Below the pieces are notes generated by a model that made no database searches, had not been told where the DNA came from, and was given only the letters and a program-made list of their open reading frames with translations. A program made the translations under genes and the position numbers. This document shows, piece after piece, positions 18,412-26,488 of a DNA stretch of 64,000 nucleotides; positions within the stretch are counted from its first letter, which is position 1; every line of letters begins with the position of its first letter. This DNA comes from Mycobacteriales bacterium (lineage in GTDB: Bacteria > Actinomycetota > Actinomycetes > JADGOV01): the NCBI GenBank assembly GCA_038232055.1, contig JBBSIN010000004.1, positions 1,697-65,696 on the forward strand. Reading direction: 5' to 3'.

Positions 18412-19395
18412 TCAGCGGTGGACCGAGGACATGTCCGGGTAGCGGTCGCCGGCCGTTGCGCCGACCGGGAACACCTCGTCCAGGCTCCGCAGGTCCTTCT
18501 CCTCGAGCCGGACGTCGTCGGCCGCCGCGTTCTCCTCCAGGTAGGAGCGACGCTTGGTACCCGGGATCGGGACGACGTCGTCGCCCTGGGCCAGCACCCA
18601 CGCGAGCGCGAGCTGCCCGGGCGTCACGCCCTTCTCGGTGGCGATGTCGCGGACCCGGTCGACCAGCTCGAGATTGTGATCGAAGTTCTCCCCCTGGAAG
18701 CGGGGGTTGGCGCGGCGGAAGTCGCCGGCTTCGAGGTCCTCCGGTGACCGGATCTGCCCGGAGAGAAAGCCGCGGCCTAGTGGCGAGTAGGCGACGAAGC
18801 CGATGTCGAGCTCCCGCACCGTGTCCAGAACGCCGTTCTCCTGCGGGTCGCGCGTCCATAGCGACAGCTCGCTCTGCAGGGCGGTGATCGGGTGCACGGC
18901 GTGTGCCCGCCGGATCGTCGCGGGCGCCGCCTCCGACATGCCGAGGTGGCGGACCTTGCCCGCCGACACGAGCTCGGCCATTGCCCCGACGGTCTCCTCG
19001 ATCGGCACCTGTGGGTCGACGCGGTGTTGGTAGTACAGGTCGATCACCTCGACGCCGAGACGGTCGAGCGACGCGTCACACGCCTGGCGGACGTAGTCCG
19101 GCCGACCGTTGACCCCTCTGCGCGCCGGGTCGGCCGGGTCGCGTATCAAGCCGAACTTCGTCGCCAGCTGGACCTCGTCGCGCCGCCCGGCGATGGCCCG
19201 CCCGACCAACCGCTCGTTCGTCTGCGGGCCATAGGCGTCGGAGGTGTCGAGCAGCGTGATCCCGAGCTCGAGCGCGCGATGGATCGTCGCGATCGCCTCG
19301 TCCTCGTCGGCGGTCCCGTAGAACTCGCTCATTCCCATGCAGCCGAGGCCCTGCGCCGACACGGTGAAGCCCTGACCGAGGTTGCGGGTGCGCAT
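18412..19395 (-). CDS. Aldo/keto reductase
   Basis: This is the last 327 codons of ORF 18412..19821. [36 protein letters not shown] and [10 protein letters not shown] are typical AKR motifs. Confidence 0.9.
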   Translation of the reverse strand: MRTRNLGQGFTVSAQGLGCMGMSEFYGTADEDEAIATIHRALELGITLLDTSDAYGPQTNERLVGRAIAGRRDEVQLATKFGLIRDPADPARRGVNGRPDYVRQACDASLDRLGVEVIDLYYQHRVDPQVPIEETVGAMAELVSAGKVRHLGMSEAAPATIRRAHAVHPITALQSELSLWTRDPQENGVLDTVRELDIGFVAYSPLGRGFLSGQIRSPEDLEAGDFRRANPRFQGENFDHNLELVDRVRDIATEKGVTPGQLALAWVLAQGDDVVPIPGTKRRSYLEENAAADDVRLEEKDLRSLDEVFPVGATAGDRYPDMSSVHR

Positions 19396-19402
19396 GTCCC
19401 CA

Positions 19403-20065
19403 CTATGCCCGGGGACGCAGGACGGCGAGCAGCGGGCGATGGTCGCTCGCCCGCCCGATGCCGGCGACCTCTGGCACGTCGCACGACACCGTCGCGAGAC
19501 CGGGATCCGCGAAGACGGCGTCGATACGTCGGCGCGGGGAGCGCGCCGGAGAGGTGAGCCCGCCGCCACAGTCCTGCAAACGCCGGGTGAGCATCGACCA
19601 GGCCGGCGCGCCCGGCTCCTCGTTGACGTCGCCGGCGAGCACGAGCGGCGCCGTGTAGCCGGCCAGTCGGTCGAGCACCTCGTCGGCGTGCCGGCGCCGC
19701 TCGGCCGCGTCGAGTCCGAGGTGCATCGACGCGACGGTGTACGGCGTACCGCCCACCTCCACGACCGCGATCGCGAGTCCCCGCTGGTGCAGCCCCGGCG
19801 ACTTGGACAGCAGCACGTCACGGGTCTCCCGCACGCGCACCCGCACCGCAGCGAGCAGCAGCATGGCCCCGGCCGGTCGGCCGCCGGTGATGACCACCAG
19901 CCCCGACTCGCGGGCCAGCGCCGCGCACTTCGAGCGCCACCGGAGGAACCGCGGTGCTTCCTGGATACACACCACGTCGGGCGCGCAGGCGCGGATGATC
20001 CCCGCCACCGCCGCCTTGTCGTCGCGGAGCGAGCGGACGTTGTAGGACAGCAGCCGCAGGCTCAT
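19403..20065 (-). CDS. Endonuclease/exonuclease/phosphatase (EEP) family protein
   Basis: [23 protein letters not shown] and [10 protein letters not shown] are present. The start overlaps the arcC stop (ATGA). Confidence 0.8.
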   Translation of the reverse strand: MSLRLLSYNVRSLRDDKAAVAGIIRACAPDVVCIQEAPRFLRWRSKCAALARESGLVVITGGRPAGAMLLLAAVRVRVRETRDVLLSKSPGLHQRGLAIAVVEVGGTPYTVASMHLGLDAAERRRHADEVLDRLAGYTAPLVLAGDVNEEPGAPAWSMLTRRLQDCGGGLTSPARSPRRRIDAVFADPGLATVSCDVPEVAGIGRASDHRPLLAVLRPRA

Positions 20066-20997
20066 TCGGCGTGGATCTCCGTTCCCGCGTCGGCGAACAC
20101 GGCGTCGGTGACCTGCTCGAGCGAGCCGATGACGGCGCGCTTACCGCCGGCCTCGACGAAGTCGCAGCAGGCGGCGACCTTCGGCCCCATGGAGCCCTCG
20201 GGAAACTCGCCGGCGGCCAGCAAGTCCCGAGCCGCGCCGACCGTCAGCCGGTCGAGCGACCGCGCGTCCGGTGTGCCGAAACCGACCTGCACCTTGTCGA
20301 CCTCGGTGAGGACGACCAGGGAGTCGGCCTCGATGAGCGTCGCCAGCCTGGCGGCGGTTCGGTCCTTGTCAACCACGGCCTCGACTCCGCGCAGCTCGCC
20401 GTCGACCTCCACGACCGGCACGCCGCCGCCGCCGGCCGCGATGACGACGTGCCCGGCGGCGATGATCTGGAGCAGCGGCTCCTCCTCGACGAAGGAGACC
20501 GGAACCGGCGACGCGACAACGCGGCGCCAGCTGCCGCCGCTGACCTCCTGGAAGACGTAGCCCGTCTGGTGCGCGATGCGGTGCGCCACCGACTCGTCGT
20601 ACGTCGGGCCTACCGGCTTGGTCGGCCGCCGGAACGCGGGATCGCGCCCGTCCACGACGACCTGGGTGACGAGGCACAGCGGACGCGTGTCGAGGCCGCG
20701 GCGGCGCAGCTCGGAGCCGAGTGCCTGCGCGAGCAGGTAACCGATCTGCCCCTGGCTCTGCGCGCCGCAGACGTCCATCGGCATCGGTGGCACGTGCTGC
20801 GCGGCGTACTCCTGCTGAAGCAGGATCCGACCGACCTGCGGCCCGTTGCCGTGGGTGAGTACCAGGCTGACGCCGCGCTCCACGAGGTCGGCGAGCAGCC
20901 GGCTCGTGCCGGCGAGGGCCGCCCGCATCTCCTCGGCCGTCCCGCTGCCCTTGGCGGGACTCAGCGCGTTGCCTCCCAGCGCCGCGACGACGCGCAC
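20062..20997 (-). CDS. arcC: Carbamate kinase
   Basis: VRVVAALGGNAL, THGNGPQVG, GGGGVPVV and DKDRTAARLA are present. The GTG at 20997 is preferred; the maximal ORF starts at 21033. Confidence 0.85.
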   Translation of the reverse strand: MRVVAALGGNALSPAKGSGTAEEMRAALAGTSRLLADLVERGVSLVLTHGNGPQVGRILLQQEYAAQHVPPMPMDVCGAQSQGQIGYLLAQALGSELRRRGLDTRPLCLVTQVVVDGRDPAFRRPTKPVGPTYDESVAHRIAHQTGYVFQEVSGGSWRRVVASPVPVSFVEEEPLLQIIAAGHVVIAAGGGGVPVVEVDGELRGVEAVVDKDRTAARLATLIEADSLVVLTEVDKVQVGFGTPDARSLDRLTVGAARDLLAAGEFPEGSMGPKVAACCDFVEAGGKRAVIGSLEQVTDAVFADAGTEIHAE

Positions 20998-21102
20998 GCA
21001 ACGACCCCCTCGTCCCGTCCTGGGCTCGAGCATCCGACGGCCTGGCGGCCCGGTGCCTCTGATCGTCGCACGAGGGAGGTGGGGCGACTTCCGAGTGGGC
21101 GG

Positions 21103-21161
21103 GTCGGCGCCGGCGGGGTCAGCGCCGGCGGGTCGGCGCCGGCGGAGTCAGCGCCGGCGGG
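21103..21161. repeat. 14-15-bp tandem repeat x4 (GTCRGCGCCGGCGGR) covering the glucokinase stop
   Basis: Units are at 21103-21117, 21118-21131, 21132-21146 and 21147-21161. The TCA (stop on the minus strand) of the last unit is the glk stop at 21148-21150. Confidence 0.75.
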
Positions 21162-22092
21162 CGAGGTCGGCCGCGCCGACGAGGCCGGCCCGCGGCCCGA
21201 GCTGCGCGACCTTGATCTCCGCCAGCGGACGGTGTCCACGGCCGGTGAGGCTGGCGGCGTACGCCGCCCTGGCCGGCCCCAGCAGCAACTCGCCCGCGTC
21301 GGAGACACCGCCGCCGACAACGAAGCAGCCCGGGTCGAGCGTCGCGGCGAGGTCGGCCAACCCCTGCCCGAGCCAGTTCCCGACCACCGTGAAGCATTCG
21401 ACGGCCGCCGGGTCACCTTCCTGCGCGGCTTTCGTGACCTCGGGACCGTTGATGCCGTCGGAGTCACCGCCGCCGAGCTCGAGCAGCCGGCCGCCGGCCG
21501 CGGGCGACGCGACCGCGCGTTCGCGTGCCTCCCGGACGCGGGCCCGTCCGCTTGCGTACTGCTCCCAGCAGCCCCGGTTGCCGCAGCCGCAGCGGTGGCC
21601 GTCGGGGACGACCCGCGTGTGGCCCATCTCGGCTCCGATGCCGAAGCGGCCGCGGTAGAGGTCGCCGCCGAGGACGATCCCGCCGCCGATCCCGGTGCCC
21701 ACGGTGACGCAGACAAGGTGGGCGAAACCGCGGCCCGCGCCGTACCGGTACTCGGCCCACGCCATCGCGTTGGCGTCGTTCTCGACGACAACCGGCAGGC
21801 CGGTACGACGGGACACCTTCTCGCGCAGCGGCTCGTCCCGCCAGGCCAGGTTGGGAGCGAAGAGCACCACTGAGCGGGTCTCGTCGATGAACCCGGCCGC
21901 CCCGACACCAACCGCGTCGACCTCGTGGCGCGACTGAAGGGCGACCACCAGCTCGGCGATCGCCGCCGCCGTCTCGTCCGGGGACGTGCTGGGTGTCCGT
22001 CGCTGCACCACCTCGACGACCCGGCCACCCGCGTCGACGACGCCGGCCATGACCTTCGTGCCGCCGACGTCGACACCGATGGTGAAGCCCAC
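21148..22092 (-). CDS. glk: ROK-family glucokinase
   Basis: IGVDVGGTKV, ENDANAMAWAE and the ROK zinc motif GHRCGCGNRGCWE are present. Confidence 0.85.
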   Translation of the reverse strand: MGFTIGVDVGGTKVMAGVVDAGGRVVEVVQRRTPSTSPDETAAAIAELVVALQSRHEVDAVGVGAAGFIDETRSVVLFAPNLAWRDEPLREKVSRRTGLPVVVENDANAMAWAEYRYGAGRGFAHLVCVTVGTGIGGGIVLGGDLYRGRFGIGAEMGHTRVVPDGHRCGCGNRGCWEQYASGRARVREARERAVASPAAGGRLLELGGGDSDGINGPEVTKAAQEGDPAAVECFTVVGNWLGQGLADLAATLDPGCFVVGGGVSDAGELLLGPARAAYAASLTGRGHRPLAEIKVAQLGPRAGLVGAADLARRR

Positions 22093-22095
22093 GCG

Positions 22096-22533
22096 TCAGC
22101 CGCCCGACTCCACGCGGTTCTTGAGACCCTTAAGAGCCGTGTCGATGATGACCTTCTGCGCCTTGCGCTTGAACATGCCGAGCACCGGCATCACGAGGTC
22201 AACGGCCAGTTGGTAGGTCACGTGCGTGCCGGCGCCCGCCTCGGTGAGGGTGTAGCTGCCGTCCTGCGCCTTGAGTGCCTTGCTCCGGACGAGGTGCCAG
22301 CTGACCCGGTCGTCGCCGGACCAGTCGTAGGCGAGTACGTACTCGTCCTTGACGACGCCCGCGTCGAGGACGAACCGCACCTGCGAGGCTCGCCCGTCCA
22401 CCCCGGTCTCGAGGATCTCGGCCTGCTTCACCAGGTCGACCCACTGCGGATACGACTCGAAGTCGGCGATCACGTCCATGATCTTCGACTTGTCCGCGCC
22501 GATCGTGATGCTGTCGCTCGCCTCATCGGCCAT
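22096..22533 (-). CDS. SRPBCC (START/polyketide cyclase-like) family protein
   Basis: The ATG is at 22533, with GGGAG upstream. KIMDVIADFESYPQWV...YVLAYDW...SYTLTE are present. The gene sits 3 nt upstream of glk. Confidence 0.75.
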   Translation of the reverse strand: MADEASDSITIGADKSKIMDVIADFESYPQWVDLVKQAEILETGVDGRASQVRFVLDAGVVKDEYVLAYDWSGDDRVSWHLVRSKALKAQDGSYTLTEAGAGTHVTYQLAVDLVMPVLGMFKRKAQKVIIDTALKGLKNRVESGG

Positions 22534-22665
22534 GCTCGGCTCCCTCGTGGTTCCGCATCCAGTGCCACGCAGCTGTCCCTCGTGCCGCCCGCCTGCCGTC
22601 GCGAGGCTACCGGCCCCGCCGCCAGGCCTCGCCACCCCAGCCGCGGCGCTCAAACCTCGACCGAA

Positions 22666-22749
22666 GATCGTCCGAGGGATCGTCGGAGGGACGATCATGC
22701 GGTTTTCGCAGGTCGCGCCGACAATCCTCCTCGGAGGATCACTCGGACC
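22666..22749. repeat. Copy A of the phased 12-bp-unit inverted-repeat element
   Basis: It consists of seven 12-bp units. The left units are GATCGTCCGAGG and GATCGTCGGAGG. The right units are CCTCCTCGGAGG and ATCACTCGGACC. The inner cores start at 22682 and 22730, 48 bp apart. Confidence 0.8.
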
Positions 22750-22805
22750 TTCGGGTCAGCTACTGTCGCCTCTCGAAGGGGTAGGCCGACCGGTCTGGAG
22801 CCAGC

Positions 22806-24611
22806 GTGCGCGAGTTCACGACGCCGGCCTTGGTGACCCTCGGACCGCACGAGAACCTCACCGACATCGTGTTCCGCAACGCCGCCGAGCGCCCGGACGC
22901 GGTGTCTTTCTCCCGCAAGGTCGAGGGTCGCTGGACGGACGTGACGGCGCGCGAGTTCGCACAGGAGGTCACCGGCCTCGCCAAGGGCCTAGTCGCGGCG
23001 GACGTGCGGCCCGGCGACCGGGTGGGCCTTCTCGCCAAGACAAGATACGAGTGGACGTTGGCCGACTTCGCCATCCTCACGGCGGGTGCGGTCACCGTCC
23101 CGATCTACGAGACGTCGTCCGCGGAGCAGATCGCCTGGAACCTCGCCGACTCGCAGGCGGTGGCGGTCATCCTCGAAAACGACAACCACCTGGCCACGTA
23201 CGACGAAATCAGCAGCGACGTGCCCGGCGTACGCGCGGTGTGGCAGATCGACCGGGGAGACCTGGACGCACTGGCCCAGTCGGGATCGGCCGTCGCCGAC
23301 GAGGAGATCGCCCGCCGTCGAGGCGAGCTCTCCGGCGCCGCCCTGGCGACGATCCTCTACACGTCGGGCACCACCGGCCGGCCGAAGGGTTGCGAGCTCA
23401 CGCACGGCAATCTGCTCTTCGACGCCGTCACGACGACGCGCGCTCTGGCCGAGGTGTTCGGGGAGGGCTCATCGACATTGCTCTTCCTTCCCCTGGCGCA
23501 CGTCTTCGCCCGGGTGATCCAGTTCGGCACGGTGGTGAGCCGCGCCCGCCTCGGACACACCGCCGACGTCAAGAACCTGCTGCCGGACCTTGCGGCGTTT
23601 CGACCAACGTTCGTGCTGTCCGTCCCGCGGGTCTTCGAGAAGATCTACAACGGAGCGAAGACCACGGCGCAGGCCGCCGGCGCAGGCAAGGGCAAGCTCT
23701 TCGAACGAGCCGACGCCCTCGCCGTGCGCTACAGCCAGGCGCTCGACACCGGCCGGCCCGCTCCGCTCCTCACGGCACAGCACGCGCTGTTCGACAAGGT
23801 CGTCTACTCGAGGATTCGCCACGCCCTCGGCGGCCAGGTGCGATACGCCGTCTCCGGTGGCGCGCCGCTGGGCGCGCGGCTCGGGCACTTTTTTCGAGGC
23901 GCGGGTATCCCCGTGCTGGAGGGCTACGGTCTCAGCGAGACATCCGCCGGGACCACGCTCAACCTGCCCGACTCAATGCGGATCGGTACCGTCGGCCGGC
24001 CTCTTCCGGGCGTCACTGTGCGGATAGCCGACGACGGCGAGATCCTGGTGCAGGGTGACAGCGTCTTCCGCGGCTACTGGCGCAACGACGCCGCGACCCG
24101 GGAGACCCTCGAGCCGGCCGGCTGGTTCCACACCGGCGACCTCGGGGAGCTCGACGACGATGGCTTCCTGCGCATCACCGGGCGCACGAAGGAGATCATC
24201 GTCACCGCCGGTGGCAAGAACGTCTCACCGGCCGTACTCGAGGACTCCCTGCGCTCGCATCCGCTCGTCAGCCAGTGCATGGTGGTCGGCGACCAGCGGC
24301 CCTACGTCGGCGCGCTGATCACACTCGACGGGGAGGCGCTCGGTATCTGGAAGAAGGAGCATGCCAAGCCGCAGGATGCGACGGCTCGCGACCTTCGGGA
24401 CGACCCGGACCTGCGGGCGACGATCGAGGCGGCCGTCGAATCGGCCAACCGGACCGTCAGCCGGGCAGAGGCGATTCGCGCGTTTCGGATCCTCGACGTG
24501 GACTTCACCGAGGAAGCCGGCCAGCTCACGCCCACCCTGAAGGTCAAGCGCACGGTAGTGGCGGCGGAGTTCGCGCCGGAGATCGACGCCCTCTACGTCC
24601 AGGGCCGGTAG
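22806..24611 (+). CDS. fadD15: Long-chain fatty-acid--CoA ligase (AMP-dependent synthetase)
   Basis: The AMP-binding motif YTSGTTGRPKG, plus GYGLSETS, TGDLGELDDDGFLRITGRTKE and a C-terminal TPTLKVKR are present. Position is syntenic with Rv2187. Confidence 0.9.
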   Translation: MREFTTPALVTLGPHENLTDIVFRNAAERPDAVSFSRKVEGRWTDVTAREFAQEVTGLAKGLVAADVRPGDRVGLLAKTRYEWTLADFAILTAGAVTVPIYETSSAEQIAWNLADSQAVAVILENDNHLATYDEISSDVPGVRAVWQIDRGDLDALAQSGSAVADEEIARRRGELSGAALATILYTSGTTGRPKGCELTHGNLLFDAVTTTRALAEVFGEGSSTLLFLPLAHVFARVIQFGTVVSRARLGHTADVKNLLPDLAAFRPTFVLSVPRVFEKIYNGAKTTAQAAGAGKGKLFERADALAVRYSQALDTGRPAPLLTAQHALFDKVVYSRIRHALGGQVRYAVSGGAPLGARLGHFFRGAGIPVLEGYGLSETSAGTTLNLPDSMRIGTVGRPLPGVTVRIADDGEILVQGDSVFRGYWRNDAATRETLEPAGWFHTGDLGELDDDGFLRITGRTKEIIVTAGGKNVSPAVLEDSLRSHPLVSQCMVVGDQRPYVGALITLDGEALGIWKKEHAKPQDATARDLRDDPDLRATIEAAVESANRTVSRAEAIRAFRILDVDFTEEAGQLTPTLKVKRTVVAAEFAPEIDALYVQGR

Positions 24612-24671
24612 CCGTCGCAGGCCGAGGTCGTCGGTTTCCGCGACGAGGTCATCCGTTCGCTACCCGACGAG

Positions 24672-24865
24672 CTATCGCAGCAGTCGAACTCGGACCGGAA
24701 GGTCCAGGTCTGCCCAGGCGCGATCCGCGGTGAGCGCCTCAGCGGGGGCGCTTCGGAGGGCGAGAGAAACCCCAGCGTCGCGGCGGGCGGCTCAGCGGCG
24801 ACCGTTTCGGCGCCCGGTTCGTCGTGGACAAGCGCCAGGACGGCGGAAGCGTCGAGGACCGTCAC
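24672..24865 (-). pseudogene. Decayed PIN-domain (VapC-type) toxin gene with internal deletion and frameshift
   Basis: The N-terminus MTVLDASAVLALVHDEPGAETVAA is in one frame. The canonical PIN C-terminus ...[21 protein letters not shown] is in another frame and ends at the TAG at 24672-24674. Only about 64 codons remain of an expected 130 or so. Confidence 0.6.
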
Positions 24866-25026
24866 TCGGCGGCCGCAGCAGCGCGACGCTCAGCCAGCAG
24901 CTCGTCGACGAGGGAACGGGTCCTGGGGACCGGCGCGGCCAGGCCGCGCAGTTCAGCCGCGGCGTCCTGAGGTCGCTGGAGCACGAGCCTTGCACCGGCG
25001 AGATGCAGGACGAGCGTGGCATTCAT
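24862..25026 (-). CDS. VapB-type antitoxin remnant (AbrB/SpoVT-type C-terminal half)
   Basis: ...GARLVLQRPQDAAAELRGLAAPVPRTRSLVDELLAERRAAAAAE resembles the C-terminus of AbrB-type antitoxins. The stop overlaps the vapC GTG (GTGA). The start is uncertain and the DNA-binding half is not convincing. Confidence 0.4.
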   Translation of the reverse strand: MNATLVLHLAGARLVLQRPQDAAAELRGLAAPVPRTRSLVDELLAERRAAAAAE

Positions 25027-25114
25027 GACCGGGGTGTGCCACCAACCGCGTTGGCGTGCCCGAGCCGGGACTCGTTCTGCATCAGTGGGAGCTTCATCAG
25101 TGGTGGGGGCGGTC

Positions 25115-25126
25115 CTACCGCGGTAG
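25115..25126. promoter_or_regulatory. Perfect 12-bp palindrome CTACCGCGGTAG, candidate MazE operator
   Basis: It lies 10 nt upstream of the mazE ATG. Two direct ATCAGTGG copies lie at 25081-25088 and 25096-25103. Confidence 0.3.
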
Positions 25127-25135
25127 CATACAGGT

Positions 25136-25366
25136 ATGAAGCTCAGCGTGAGCCTGCCGGCGGAGGACGTGGCTCTCCTGGACGAGTACGCGCGCGAAAC
25201 TGGCCTGCGGTCGCGCTCCACTGCCCTCCAACACGCGATCCGACTTCTCCGCCACGCGGATCTCGAGCAGGACTACGCCGCGGCATGGGGCGAATGGGAA
25301 TCATCGGGAGAGCGAGCGGTCTGGGAAGACACGCTCGCCGACGGGTCGACAGATGCTGCGAGGTGA
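25136..25366 (+). CDS. mazE: Ribbon-helix-helix antitoxin, MazE9-like
   Basis: MKLSVSLPAEDVALLDEYARETGLRSRSTALQHAIRLL is close to my memory of M. tuberculosis MazE9. It overlaps mazF by 14 nt. Confidence 0.85.
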   Translation: MKLSVSLPAEDVALLDEYARETGLRSRSTALQHAIRLLRHADLEQDYAAAWGEWESSGERAVWEDTLADGSTDAAR

Positions 25367-25700
25367 GATTCGCCTGACGAACCTCGAGCCCACGCGGGGC
25401 AGCGAAGCGGACAAGCGTCGCCCCGCGGTCATCGTCAGCAATGACCGGGCTAACGCAACGGCCGCCCGACTGGGGCGAGGCGTGGTGACCGTGGTCCCAG
25501 TCACGAGCAACGTCGCTCGGGTCTTCCCCTTTCAGGCCTTGCTACCGGCCGGGCTGACCGGGCTGCGTGTCGACTCGAAGGCACAAGCCGAGCAGGTGCG
25601 GTCGGTAGCCGTCGAACGTCTCGGGCCTCCCCTGGGCCGGCTCCCGGCACACGTCATGGCCGAGGTGGACGAGGCCCTCCGATTGCACCTTCAGCTGTAG
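25353..25700 (+). CDS. mazF: MazF/PemK-family mRNA interferase toxin, MazF9-like
   Basis: RGEIRLTNLEPTRGSEADKRRPAVIVSNDRANATAARLGRGVVTVVPVTSN...DSKAQAEQVRSVAVERL is present. Confidence 0.9.
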   Translation: MLRGEIRLTNLEPTRGSEADKRRPAVIVSNDRANATAARLGRGVVTVVPVTSNVARVFPFQALLPAGLTGLRVDSKAQAEQVRSVAVERLGPPLGRLPAHVMAEVDEALRLHLQL

Positions 25701-25805
25701 CGTCGTGCCGGCGATGACGAGCGGCACCCTCCACAGCTGGGCCGCGGCCGCGTGCTTCAGCGGCTCGAGATGACGCTCAACGGTCAGCAGGGCCTGCACC
25801 TGGGA

Positions 25806-26297
25806 ATGAACTGCTGTCCGAGTTGCGGACTGGCCGCGGTCGACACCGGCGGCCCACGGCCGGCCGAACACGCGGCCTCGGCGGCGTGTTTCGACCGGTA
25901 CGGCCAGCTGCTAGCCCGCTCCTACAGCAACGCCGCGTACCGATCGGCCCATCAGTTGGTCGTCGACGCCTACGCCGCGCAGCACGCGGGCGGAACCAGT
26001 CGTCGCCAAGTGCAAACCGTCGCGCTGTGCCTGATGACGCTATGCCTGTTCGTCGAGGACGGGGTCGACCCGCGAAACGGCCCGCGGCTGCACCAGCTCA
26101 TGGTCCAGCACCGGCCAGCCTTCACCTGGTTGCAGCCGCCGCCTCAGCGCGACCTGCTCACCGTCGCCGACGTGCTGGGCGCCGCGGACGCCGCTGAGCA
26201 TCAGCGGCTCGTCCGCGACTGGGCACATCAGGTCTGGCAGGCATGGCAGCCTCACCACCTCACCGTCCGGCAGTGGCACCGGCAAGCGCTGCCCTGA
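25806..26297 (+). CDS. Conserved hypothetical protein (DUF5946-like), N-terminal CxxC
   Basis: The ATG is at residue 19 of ORF 25752..26297. MNCCPSCG...FDRYGQLLARSY...HQLVVDAYAAQH matches my recollection of the family; not verified. Confidence 0.5.
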   Translation: MNCCPSCGLAAVDTGGPRPAEHAASAACFDRYGQLLARSYSNAAYRSAHQLVVDAYAAQHAGGTSRRQVQTVALCLMTLCLFVEDGVDPRNGPRLHQLMVQHRPAFTWLQPPPQRDLLTVADVLGAADAAEHQRLVRDWAHQVWQAWQPHHLTVRQWHRQALP

Positions 26298-26346
26298 AGC
26301 GACTCCGCCGATTCGTCGGGCCGGCCGGCCTCAGCAATCTCTGCAC

Positions 26347-26438
26347 GGGGTGATCGTCGGAGGAATCGTCCGAGGAAAGCTTGGCTGCCCACCTGCGGAA
26401 ACGGGCTGGCAGCCGCTCGGACGATCCCTCGGGCGACC
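26347..26438. repeat. Copy B of the phased 12-bp-unit inverted-repeat element
   Basis: The left arm is GGGGTGATCGTCGGAGGAATCGTCCGAGG. The right arm is GCTCGGACGATCCCTCGGGCGACC. The inner cores start at 26368 and 26416, 48 bp apart. The centre has its own hairpin GGCTGCC...GGCAGCC. Confidence 0.8.
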
Positions 26439-26488
26439 TTGCCGGTGCGCCGGTTGTCCGCCTCCGACCGGTCGTGCGACGCTGGTGC

